Assembly (NCBI GenBank): GCA_964016885.1
Contig: OZ024740.1
Location: 229,524,001-229,588,000 of the forward strand
Origin: Eledone cirrhosa
Lineage: Eukaryota
Length of the DNA: 64,000 bases
Direction of reading: 5' to 3'
In this document: in pieces, positions 29,715 through 41,741 of the stretch
How positions within the stretch are numbered: position 1 is the first letter of the stretch
Layout: each line of letters starts with the position of its first letter
Translations under genes and position numbers: made by a program
The notes under the pieces: model-generated
Seen by the model: the letters and a program-made list of their open reading frames with translations, nothing else
The model's database searches: none
What the model was told of the DNA's origin: nothing

Positions 29715-30885
29715 GTCTACATTTGGCACAAGGCCAGCAATTTGAAGGGGTTGGGAAAGTCGATTAAATCTACCCCAGTGCATTACTGGTGCATTATGTT
29801 ATCGACCCTGTAAGGATGAAAACAAAATTAAACTTGGCTGGATTTGTACTCAGAACTGGACGCCACAAAACATGTTGTCCGACGCTCTGCCGATATTGCC
29901 AACCTACCAGCCTTCCACCGAAAATAATAAGGGTTTCTTATATAGGCCAGTAATTTGGGGGGAGAGGCAAATTGATTAAATCAACCCTAGTGCATTACTG
30001 GTGCTTTATTTTACCGGCCCCGTAAGGATGAAAGGCAAAGCCAATCTCGGCGTGATTTGAACTCAGACCGTAAAGGGCCATAACTCTATGTCACAAAGCA
30101 TATTGCTCTAATAATTGTTTTGTACATTTGGCTCAAGGCCAGCAATTACCCAGTGCATCACTGGTACTTTATTTTATCGAGCCCGTAAGGATGAAAGACA
30201 AAGTTAACCCCGTCGGGATTTGAACTCAGACTGGCAAGGGCCGTAACTCTATACGTCAAAGCATGGCGTCCGACTCTCTACCGATACTGCCAATCCACCG
30301 CTCTCTAATAATGATTTCTAGTATAGGCACAAGGCCAGTAATTTGGGGGTGAGGGGAAAGTCGATTAAATTGACCCCAGTGCGGGACTGGTACTTTATTT
30401 TATCGACCCATAAGGATGAAAGGCAAAGTCATCCGCCCTCTAATAATTGTTTCTACTTTTGGCACAAGGCCAGCAATTACTCAGTGCATTACTGGTACTT
30501 TATTTTATCGACCCCGTAAGGATGAGAGGCAAAGTTAACCTCGGCGGGATTTGAACTCAGAATGGCAAGGGCCGTAACTCTATGCTAGAAAGCATGGCAT
30601 CTGATCCTCTACCGATACTGCCAATCCACTGCCATCCGCCCTCTAATAATTGTTTCTACTTTTGGCACAAGGCCAGCAATTACCCAGTGCATTACTGGTA
30701 CTTTATTTTATCGACCCCGTAAGGATGAAAGGCAAAGTCAACCTCGGCGGGATTTGAACTCAGATCGTAAAGGGACGTAACTATGCCGGAAAGCATGGCG
30801 ACCGACCCTCTACCGACACTACCAATCCACCGCCCCATATTAATGATTTCTTTCTTTCTTTATTTATTCATCCGCCCTCTAATAA
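29715..30885 (-). mobile_element. Array of about six head-to-tail S1 SINEs
   Basis: Repeated ggcacaaggccagcaatt...ccaatccacc; junction atccgccctctaataa occurs three times. Confidence 0.9.
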
Positions 30886-31313
30886 TAGCAACAATAATAT
30901 ATTGTATAAATCAAATTGTTACTGGGTGTTATAAATCTAACCCTAACATGGTGTAATATTGTAGGGTGTAAAGTATTATTTATTATGTATATCAATGTTT
31001 CACTCCTCCCCAAATACTTTTCTACGTCGGTATATTTTACATATCCTATTAAAGGTTAGTAACTACACGTTATTTTTACTGCCATAGGAACATAGCTTCA
31101 AAGGGTTCATTTTATGTACGTATGTATGTATGTGTGTGTATGTGTGCATGTATGTATGAATATGTGTGTATGCTTGTGTCTATACATATATATACACACG
31201 CACACACACACACACATATATATATGTGTGTGTGTATGTATATATATGTGTAGACACAAGCATACACACATATTGCGAGGGAATTGCGAGGGCCTATGGC
31301 TCCGTTAATTTAT

Positions 31314-31375
<62 letters not shown>

Positions 31376-31382
31376 ATGTATA

Positions 31383-31426
<44 letters not shown>

Positions 31427-31618
31427 ATGTATATATATATATATACACACAATATATAATGTATGCATACATACTAATAAGACTGTTTTTGCATCTGTAT
31501 GTTTGTCTTGTCTATTCTGGAAAAAAAATATATATATATATACACACACACACCCTCATATATATATATATATATACACCCTCACACACACATATATATA
31601 TATATATACATACACACC

Positions 31619-31659
<41 letters not shown>

Positions 31660-31697
31660 GGAATAGACCAGCTCTATACAGTGGTGAACCTCAAACC

Positions 31698-31779
<82 letters not shown>

Positions 31780-32277
31780 CATATATATATACATACATAT
31801 ATATATAAATGTGTGCACATATATATATAATTATGTACATATATATACACAAACGCATACATTCATACATACATATATATATATACATAGAAAAATACAT
31901 ATAGGATGTATTTTTAGTTATACAACATAGAATGCAGGGACTTTTAGCGATATGTAGTGTGGGAGAGATTTTGTGTTAGATTTAAGGTTTAGGATTAAGG
32001 TAGAAATATAGGCCATAAAAACAAGATTTGTTTGTATGTTTGACACCCCGCGTTCTTTCGACATTTCCAAGGAATGTTCCCGCTTGTATCTTTAGACATT
32101 TACAGTTTGGTGTAGGGGAACGAATTGAAATAGGGTAGAGAGGTGATGAAGATATATTTAGGGATCTAAAGGCGGGACCCTCAAAAATATTATAAGGAAT
32201 GAGTAGTATTTATTCACTTTGCCTTTTTTTTTTTTGCAATTATATATTATTTATTATTATTTTTTTTTAAATCTCAA

Positions 32278-32574
32278 AATGATGATGATGATGATGATGA
32301 TAGCGGTGGTGGTGACGACGACAACGAATACGATGGTGATGATGATGATGATGATGATGATAACAAGAACGACGACGATGATGATGATGATGATGATGAT
32401 GATGACGACAACGACGATGATGATGATTACAAGAACGATGACGACCATGATGATGGTGATGTTGATGATGACGACATAGACGATGATGATGATGATGATG
32501 ATAACGACGATGATGATGATTACAAGAACGATGACGACCATGATGATGGTGATGTTGATGATGACGACATAGAC

Positions 32575-32621
<47 letters not shown>

Positions 32622-32723
32622 CGACGATGATGATGATAACAAGAACGATGACGACCATGATGATGATGATGATGATGTTGATGATGTCGACAATGACGAT
32701 GATGATGAAGATGATGATGATGA
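32278..32723. repeat. (GAT)n-rich tract with a higher-order ~95-120-bp repeat
   Basis: acaagaacgatgacgaccatgatgatg repeated. Confidence 0.92.
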
Positions 32724-32724
32724 T

Positions 32725-34502
32725 AAATAATTGTTTCTATTTTAGGCACAAGGCCAGCAAAACACCCCAGTACATTACTGGTACTTTATTTTATCGACCC
32801 CGTAAGGATGAAAGGCAAAGTTAACCTCGGCGGGATTTGAACTCCGACCGTAAAGGGACGTAACTGTGCTAGAAAGCATGGCATCCAACGATAAATAATG
32901 TTACTTTAGCGCAGTGACGTAACAACTGGTTTCTTTCTGTCTATTTGAGTTTTCTGTTGAAATCCACCGATTTCCACTTTGTCTTCCATTCAAGTCACAA
33001 AATAATGTTTCTACTTTAAACACAAGGCCAGCAATCTAAAGGGAAGGTGTAAGTCAACTAAATCGACCTCAGTGCTTTACTGGTACTTTATTCTATCGAT
33101 CCTGTAAGGATGAAAGGCAAAGCTAACCTCGGTGGGATTTGAACTCAGAACGGCTGTAACTTTATGTCATAAAACATATTGTCCGACGCTCTACCGATTC
33201 TGCCAATCCACCGCCTTAGAATTTATTATTAATAACTGTTTCTACTTTGAGCACAAGGTCAGCAATTTAAAGGGAAAGGATAAGTTGATTAAACCAACCT
33301 CAGTGCGTTAGTGGTACTTAATTTTATTGATCCCGTAAAGATGAAAGGCAAAGCTATCCCTGGCGGGGTTTGAATCCAGAATGTAAAGGGCTGTAACTCT
33401 ATGCCACAAAGCATGTTGTTCGACTCTCTACCGATACTGCAAATCCACTGCCTTATTCAGGTCGCAAAATAATACCAGTCAAATATCTCAAATTGAGCAT
33501 GAAAAACATTTGATATATTAAAAAGGAAAGAAGCTGATATTTAGATTAGATCAAGGAAACTATATTGGTGATACTCCTTGCTTGTCGCAACTCCTCGCAG
33601 GAGTATCACACTTTTTCCAGTGCCAGAAAGTGGAAATTGAACTCAGAACATGCTGAACCAGATCAGATACTGCAAAGTATGACACTAACGATTTCACCAA
33701 TCTAACCATCCTGCATCTAACAATATAATACAAGGATAATTGTTTCTATTTTAGGCACAAGGCCAGCAATTACCCAGTGCATTACTGGTACTTTATTTTA
33801 TCGACCCCGTAAGGATGAAAGGCAAAGTCAACCTCGGCGGGATTTATCTAACAATATAATACTTGGATAATTGTTTCTAATGTAGGCACACAGCCAGCAA
33901 TTTTGGGAAGTAAGGGGAAGTCGATTATCTCAGTCCCAGGATATGACCCTTATTCTGAGCAGGAAAGGCCGAGCATAGTGTTTAGTGCAGGGCTTGTGGG
34001 TTGGATGCGATAGAAAGTAAGTCTTTGATGAATTACGAACGTTTAACCGAATATTACGCCTTTACTTTTCCCTTTCAATAATGGTTTCTAATTTAGACAC
34101 AAGGTCAGCCGAGGAAAACCAATTCCGAGTGTCGACTATAAAGTTCATAGGTTGAACGGTTCATAGGCTGAAAGTTCATAGGCTGACCAAGATACTGCCA
34201 AGGAATAACCAAATGAGGTTTATTTGTCAGCATAGTCCCTCGAAAAAAACAATGCTGTTATTAATAAAAAGAGTTGAAATTAATGTATGCAAGATTTCAC
34301 AGCTCTAGCATCCCTCCTTCATAGTCAGTCAGCCTATTGACTTTTCAGCCGACCCTCGTATATCGACTCCAATATTTAACTGGTACTTTATTTTATTGAC
34401 CTCGAAAGATTGAAAGGCAAAGTTGACTTCGGTAGGATTTGAACTCAGGGTACAGCGAACTGGAACAAATACTGCCCTAACGAGTCTACCAGTTCGCCGC
34501 CT
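32725..34502 (-). mobile_element. Cluster of five to six S1 SINE copies and fragments
   Basis: Copies at ~32725, 33000, 33230, 33735, 33868, 34078; direct repeat atctaacaatataatac at 33715 and 33846. Confidence 0.85.
34126..34358. mobile_element. Mariner-type MITE nested in an S1 SINE
   Basis: Right TIR gtcagcctattgacttttcagccgaccctcg followed by TA; SINE sequence resumes at 34361. Confidence 0.75.
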
Positions 34503-36499
34503 AATTTGAGAAAGGATGGATAAACGGCAAGTTTTGGTCTTCGTTCTTTTCGGAAGATAATAACGGGAGCGATGTCAACTGAGATATTATTAACAGAACA
34601 TTTACAACGAAAATGACAGAATCAAAAGAGCGTGAAATAAAAATATTTGTGGTATTTGTCCCCGCTTTGCACTTTGAGTTCAAATCCTCTCGAAGTCAAC
34701 TTTGCCTTTTATCCATTCGGGGGCCGATAAAAATAAGGTATCATTCCATAGGGGTGGATCGTCGGAATTGCGGAATATGTTGCGTTATGTTTGTGTTCTG
34801 AGTTCGAATCCTAAAGTGACTTTACTTGGTTGATTGATTAAATCGTTCATCCGATTTAACAGCACCACCTGGCCCTTCGGTGCCTTTAACGGAATCCATT
34901 CTGTTGTAAGAATTCACATTAAGTTTCTAGTTTGAAGAAATATTCTTCCCTTCCACCAACCTGTTTCGAAGGTCCTGAAAAGGATCACAGGTACTGCCCT
35001 TCCCTCCATAAATATACAGTAAAATAACAAAAACAAACAGTAATGCTACATTACCACAACATTACCAGGGAACATAACGACAACTACGTGATATGCATAC
35101 CTTTCCCAAGGGGATTAACAAATTGGTCTGACATAGCAGAGATTTTTACCACCAAACATACATAGCATAGTGAGTGAGAACTTAAGCTTGTCATTGATAG
35201 TCTTACCTCCTTTTTAGCTACTGGTAAGGCTTCAACTGATAATAAAAGGCAACCTTTCATGAAATGTGTTAATAAGCTGTCCACTCAAGATAGTAACGAC
35301 AATAGTAGCTATCTAATGCTGTCTGCAGTTGAAATACTAGACTTACATAAATAAAACAGCAGGACAGCAGAGATTATTTCAACACTTACTCACTCGTCAA
35401 ACAAATTTACTCGTGGCAAAGAAATGTTATGGCTATCCTTCTCTCCCTTCAAACAATTTATCACTTTTGTTGCTTCTGTTCTTTATTTTATAGCTTCATC
35501 GCTTCATGTATTATTTTGTCTCTTTGGGGTTACTCTTACGGCTTGGTTATTTCAACAACCAGAACACTTATTGTCATCTATTCCATGTTTGTGTTGTCAT
35601 TAAACACTTTTCGCTGTTTGTGTTGTTTAAATTATTGTTCCTCTTCCATTCATTAGCCTTTTGTAAATGTATTGTTAATTTATAGCGGTATGTATTAATC
35701 GCTAATTTGGCAAGTAAGAGTCTTGGGGTAGGACCAGCTGGTGGATACCAACATGTAGTTTCGATTCTTAGTTTGGATTAGTTTACTTTATTTGTACTAC
35801 AACAGTATTTGGCCAAGTGGTTTGATTCTTGGGCTCACCACCGTAATGTCATGGGGGTCTATTCCCAGACCAACTGGCACGTTGTTTACTTATTTGTCTG
35901 TTTTACAGTACAGTCAGGGATGGAAGGGGAGTGTTTATGGCCCTTTTCAAGGCATCCAATACTGGTAGGAAGGCAAAAGGAAAATATCCTCATACCGAGT
36001 ACCTGGCACAAATGCTTGTAACAGAATGGACAAAAGCCAGATGATGGTATAAATCCTGGTGAAAATTTAAATGATTCTCCTGTTTCACGTTGCTCCAGTT
36101 CCCTTTGCTGAAAATGAATACCTGAAGCAGTTGTGATGGAGTTAACCTTAAACTCATGAGAGGAAGAGGCTTGCACTTTCAGACACTTAACGCCACATGA
36201 AACCGGAATAGACTCCGGTCTGATGTACCCACAGGCTCGAGAAAAACTTTAAAACAGCTCTAATGCCCTTGAAAATAATATAAACATCAAACAAGCTCAA
36301 CCACTTCCTACTTAATCCTTGACATTCCACTTACGCAAGGACTCAAATGATTAAAGTAGTTTAGAAATAACTAATCTTAGAAATTAGATACGATATTTTC
36401 TCCTAAATAAAGGTCAGGGGAGACAAATTAGACAATATAGCACTATATATCCGTAAAAAGACGAGATGATTACAACTGGAATGCCTTAATCGTCTTAAA

Positions 36500-37090
36500 G
36501 GATGGTTTCTGATTTAGGTACAAGGTTAACAATTTGTGGGGGAGGTGAAAATCGATTAAATCGACCCCAGTGCGTTACCGGTACTTTATTTTATCGATCC
36601 TGTAAGGATGAAAGGCAAAGCTAGCCTCGGCGTTAGCTTTTCCTTTCATTGTCTTAAATAATCGTTTTTGATTTAGGCACATGGTCAACAATTTTTGGGG
36701 AGAGGAAATTCGATTAAATCAACCCCAGTGCGTTGGTGGTACTTTATTTTATCAACCCCTTGAGGATGAAAGGTAAAGCTAACCTCGGCGTGATTTTAAC
36801 ATAAAGAGCCGAAACACTATGCCGCTAAGCATGTTGTCCGACGTTCTACCGATACTGCCAATCCACACCCTTAAATAATAGTTTCTGATTTAGATATTAG
36901 GCCAATAATCTTTTTTTTTTTTGGAGGGCGAGTCGATTAAATTGCCCCAGTGCATTACTGGTGCTTTATTTTATTGGCCCCGTAAGGATAAAAAGTAAAG
37001 CCAATCCCGGCGGGATTCGGACTGAGATTGTAAAGGGCCATCACAAAGCATATTGTCCGATGCTTTACTGATACTGCCAATCCACCGCCC
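36500..37090 (-). mobile_element. Three tandem S1 SINEs
   Basis: Consensus matches starting at ~36500, 36658, 36878. Confidence 0.85.
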
Positions 37091-37672
37091 TAAACCGTCC
37101 TTAAATAATTAAATGAATTATTAGATAATAAATGATTATATTTCCCTAAAAAGACGGAATGGGTGCAACTGAAATGATTTTGATCTCAGCTGAGCTCAAT
37201 GAGAATTGATCTGAGACTAAACAACATCCTCTCTTTGCGACAGCATTTTCAGATCGTTGAACTTTCCCTTCGAGTGTCCGCGTTTTATGTGGAAAATTTA
37301 TCTCAAGTATCTGCAGAACTTTATCATGATTTTTATGTAAAAAATAATTTTATCAATTTTCAATTTTAATCTTGTTTATTAAAAGAGAATTTTGATCATT
37401 TTTTGCGGTTAATCAGTCATAAAAATTACCACTGAAAGAAATTAATTAGGTTGTTTCAACTTGGTCACCTGACCAACTAGAAATAGCAACTGAAATTCCT
37501 TCAAATTACATCGTTAATGTCTTATTAGAGGGATGAAAAATTAAACAATGTATGTTTAGATATACAAAAAGACGAGATGATCATAATAGGAACATATAAG
37601 TCTTTTTCAGCCGTGGGATGATCTGGAGTTAAACAACAGTAGCAATACAATACCATTATTGAAAAGAAAATG

Positions 37673-37815
37673 GGGCGGTTGATTGCCAGAATCGTTAGAG
37701 AGTCAGATATAACTCTTTGCACTATTTGTTCCGTCATTTGACATTCTGATTTCGAATCCCTCCATAGTCAACTTTGCCGTTAATCCTTTCGGGGTCAATA
37801 AAATAAAGTACTAAT
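37673..37815 (+). mobile_element. Diverged S1 SINE
   Basis: tRNA-like head and tcctttcggggtcaataaaataaagtac. Confidence 0.7.
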
Positions 37816-37930
37816 TAAAACGATCCCCCGGAACTTGCCTACTTGCTCATGTTTTTCACACAAGCGTTGATTTGCAACAATTTAAGTGGAACATCCACGG
37901 CAACAGCCATACCGCTCCTTTTTCCTGACG

Positions 37931-38045
<115 letters not shown>

Positions 38046-38453
38046 TAGCGAGAATCGTATTTCGGCTTAGGAATTAACGAAAAACAACCTCCGAGATGTG
38101 TGGCAAGCGCTCAATGATTCAGATGAACCAGAGCTACAACATACGTTAAAGGCCAAGCACACTGAGACGATGGTTAAACAATCATCCGCACAGTCATAAA
38201 AACGACCAAGTAATTCGGGTCAAACAAATAAAAAAAATATATGTGATTGAAAATTTACCCGGACCCCTGGAAGGTTGGTAAAATCCAGTATTTGGGTTTC
38301 TGCGACTCCTAAATCAAGTACTGTCCGCTTACACAAATAATGTTAGGCTTCTGGTAAGATGATTGAACAAAGAAGCCACTTTTTCAACAAGTTTTAGTTC
38401 GAGTGCTAATTTAAGGAATGACCGTTACCGACCTCACGTGGGGCTCGGCAAGG

Positions 38454-38805
<352 letters not shown>

Positions 38806-39156
38806 TTATTATTTATCTTACTTCACCTTCTGTACAGACTTTCTCTTGGCTAATATGTTGGGCCTTGTTTGTATTTCTTCTTTCTATTTGCAGCATATTG
38901 GCTTGAAACAAATGTTATTTATTTGTAAATAGTCGAAAGCCTAATCGTCTTGTCTTGTGTCCATTTGTTATAATCTCGTGTGCATTGGAGCTAGTGGTAT
39001 CGACCTGATGCAACTAAAAGCATGAAGTCTGACAGCGGTCAACTGATGATACGAACATGTCTTGTGCTTTGTCTGTTTTCTGTTGTCTTCGCACACATAT
39101 TTTGATTCCTTTTGTATGATCTTAGCGATTTCAAATGTTTACACACACGCACACAC

Positions 39157-39264
<108 letters not shown>

Positions 39265-39310
39265 GTATCTATGTATATGTGTGTATAATATAAAAATATA
39301 AAAATATACT

Positions 39311-39349
<39 letters not shown>

Positions 39350-39609
39350 ATAATATATATATATATACATATATATTATTATTATTATTATTATTGAATG
39401 CCATGGTTGACGGAGGCTCGGCTCTGTAAGGTATAGTAATTTTTAACCGTTAAAACAATTGTAAATTGTTTAAAACTTGAACCAAATTGTTGATAAAGAC
39501 ACCCTCCTCCTCGTGAGAGGGGTCTTTCTGTCCGTTATTTGGCCCTTCGGGGTTAAATAACCAGTTATTGGGGTTTTGTACCCAAAATTTCATTTTAAAC
39601 AAAAAAAAC

Positions 39610-41706
39610 ATGGCTACGAAAAAGAAATTTCATACGTCACTCCCACTCATTCCGTCTTCTTCTTCCTCAATCATCACTACAGCAGAGAGAAGATTGTCTC
39701 TCACCCTCCCTTCTTTAAATGTGTCTCTCTCCCTCCCTTCTCTTTCGCAAGTGACGAAAGAAAAGAAAAGTCTCGTGCAAAGCGTGCAAGGTTTCTCCAC
39801 GACGACGACGACAGCGACGAAACAGGTGTGCGGGAAATACGAAAACCCAGTTCATTCGTCTGACGTCAGGAATAATAGCAGTAGCAGCCGTAATAACAAC
39901 AGCAACAGTGACAATGAAAACAACAGTAGCAGCCGCAACAGCATCACCAGCAGCATAAACAACAACAGCATTAGCAGCAGCAACACCAACAACAACTACA
40001 CCAACAGCGGCGGAGGCAGTAGTCGTAGTACCTGCAGCAACAACAAAAGTAGCAGCAGCTCTGACGACAACAACAACAGCAGAGAAAAACCAATCTCATT
40101 TGCAGGTATTGCGAAAAACTTGGAAACAATCCTCATAACAAATGAGGAATTAGAGGAAGCGAAGAAGATGGTGACAAAGAACGGACACCGAGCAATCTGC
40201 AAGGCAGCGAAAAATTTTTTCGAAACCCAAGAGCACTGTACGGTCACGTACCGTACAGTAAGTACAAAATCCCGTTGGGTGGAAAGAGCCACAGAGGCCC
40301 AAATACAAAAAGCCTTGGGGTCTGTGTGGCAGCGGAAAACGCACATCACCCGAGGCAAAAAATATGCCACCGTAGACGTACTTTTTGCCACACCCCAGGA
40401 GGCAAAGGCCCAATCAGTAGTGACCCTAAGGAGCGAGGAAATGGTGTTGGTGCCCTCCTACTGTGGGCAAAAAATTGTGAGGGTCAAACTGACCCACGTC
40501 CCCCCCGGAATGACCCCTTCTTGGCTGGCCGCGTCTGTCCTCGTCGGAATCGAGGACAAAACAACTGTACTGCAAGTACAGAAAAAAGTAAGAGAAGATT
40601 GGGTCGGCTCCTCCATTGAGATGCTAATCCAAACCAACCAGGAGTGCATCGAAGCTATCCCGGATGTGATAGACTTCGATAACGGCACTCAACTGCCCAT
40701 AAGTGTTGAGGGCAAACGCCCGAAATGCTTTCGCTGTGGATCGAAGAGTCACCTCAGGGCCTTCTGCAACGAGAAGACCCTGAGAAAGGAGAAAACCCCC
40801 CTCCTTCCGAATCCGGCTCCACGGCTACCAGCAACAGGACAAGCGGCAACCAGGAACGATAGGCCCGTGGCACCCATACCCACTCCACGGAAATCAAAAA
40901 CAGCAGCAGCAGTGGAAATACTAACAACAACAACAGCAATACCAAATGCAGCTGCAACAGAGACTCCAGTGCAAACATCACCAACAACAACAAGTGAAAG
41001 AGTGGAGTTGGTACCCCTCCCCGACCTCACAGAATCAGACATGGAGTGTGAGCTGGGAGAGAGATGGCAAAAGGTCGTAAGAAGGCACAAACGCAGAAGC
41101 AGCGCATCGTCGCCTTTGAAAAGGGAGGAAAGAAATGAGAAAAGGGTAAAGTCTACTGCAAAGAGACCCACAGCAGCAACAACACCAACACCATCACCAC
41201 CCACACTAGCGCCACCATCACCACCGGCGACAACCCCACCGCCAACAACACCTTCAGCACCACCACCACAAGCACCAACATCGCAAACACAACAACAAAA
41301 CACACACACCCAGCAACAACGACAAGAAAATAGCAGAACCACACCCCACCCCCAGAAAAACAAATGCACGGCAATAAATACACACAACAAGAAACTAATG
41401 ACTTACATAATTGAACACACAGACATTTCACAACAGGACTACATAATACCAGCACCAATCAAAACGCCAACTAACATAAGACTGCTAAAAATAGCACAGA
41501 AACAATACACAAATATTAAAACGAAATTCCCCAACGCAGTTGGTGATTTCAGGGACCTAGGAGGAACCATCAATCGAAGAGTATACTCAGACATTCTCTT
41601 AGAAGAGCCGACGACCAGCCGAAGGGACGATTCAACGGTCCCTTCACCAGACGATCAAGTGAAAAGGGATGTAAAAACCATCCCTCCTCTACCAAAAGTA
41701 CGGTAA
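39610..41706 (+). CDS. ORF1 gag-like nucleic-acid-binding protein
   Basis: First ATG at 39610; zinc knuckle CFRCGSKSHLRAFC (CX2CX4HX4C); N/S-rich and P/T-rich linkers; directly upstream of ORF2. Confidence 0.88.
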   Translation: MATKKKFHTSLPLIPSSSSSIITTAERRLSLTLPSLNVSLSLPSLSQVTKEKKSLVQSVQGFSTTTTTATKQVCGKYENPVHSSDVRNNSSSSRNNNSNSDNENNSSSRNSITSSINNNSISSSNTNNNYTNSGGGSSRSTCSNNKSSSSSDDNNNSREKPISFAGIAKNLETILITNEELEEAKKMVTKNGHRAICKAAKNFFETQEHCTVTYRTVSTKSRWVERATEAQIQKALGSVWQRKTHITRGKKYATVDVLFATPQEAKAQSVVTLRSEEMVLVPSYCGQKIVRVKLTHVPPGMTPSWLAASVLVGIEDKTTVLQVQKKVREDWVGSSIEMLIQTNQECIEAIPDVIDFDNGTQLPISVEGKRPKCFRCGSKSHLRAFCNEKTLRKEKTPLLPNPAPRLPATGQAATRNDRPVAPIPTPRKSKTAAAVEILTTTTAIPNAAATETPVQTSPTTTSERVELVPLPDLTESDMECELGERWQKVVRRHKRRSSASSPLKREERNEKRVKSTAKRPTAATTPTPSPPTLAPPSPPATTPPPTTPSAPPPQAPTSQTQQQNTHTQQQRQENSRTTPHPQKNKCTAINTHNKKLMTYIIEHTDISQQDYIIPAPIKTPTNIRLLKIAQKQYTNIKTKFPNAVGDFRDLGGTINRRVYSDILLEEPTTSRRDDSTVPSPDDQVKRDVKTIPPLPKVR

Positions 41707-41741
41707 GTGGTCTTTCCCATCTTTTCCACTCTATTTTAAAC

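Noticed and set aside
28500-32005. Telomere-like taaccc/ttagg motifs at ~28517, 29637, 30938, 31980
   Set aside because: Only one to three degenerate units each; no element boundaries found
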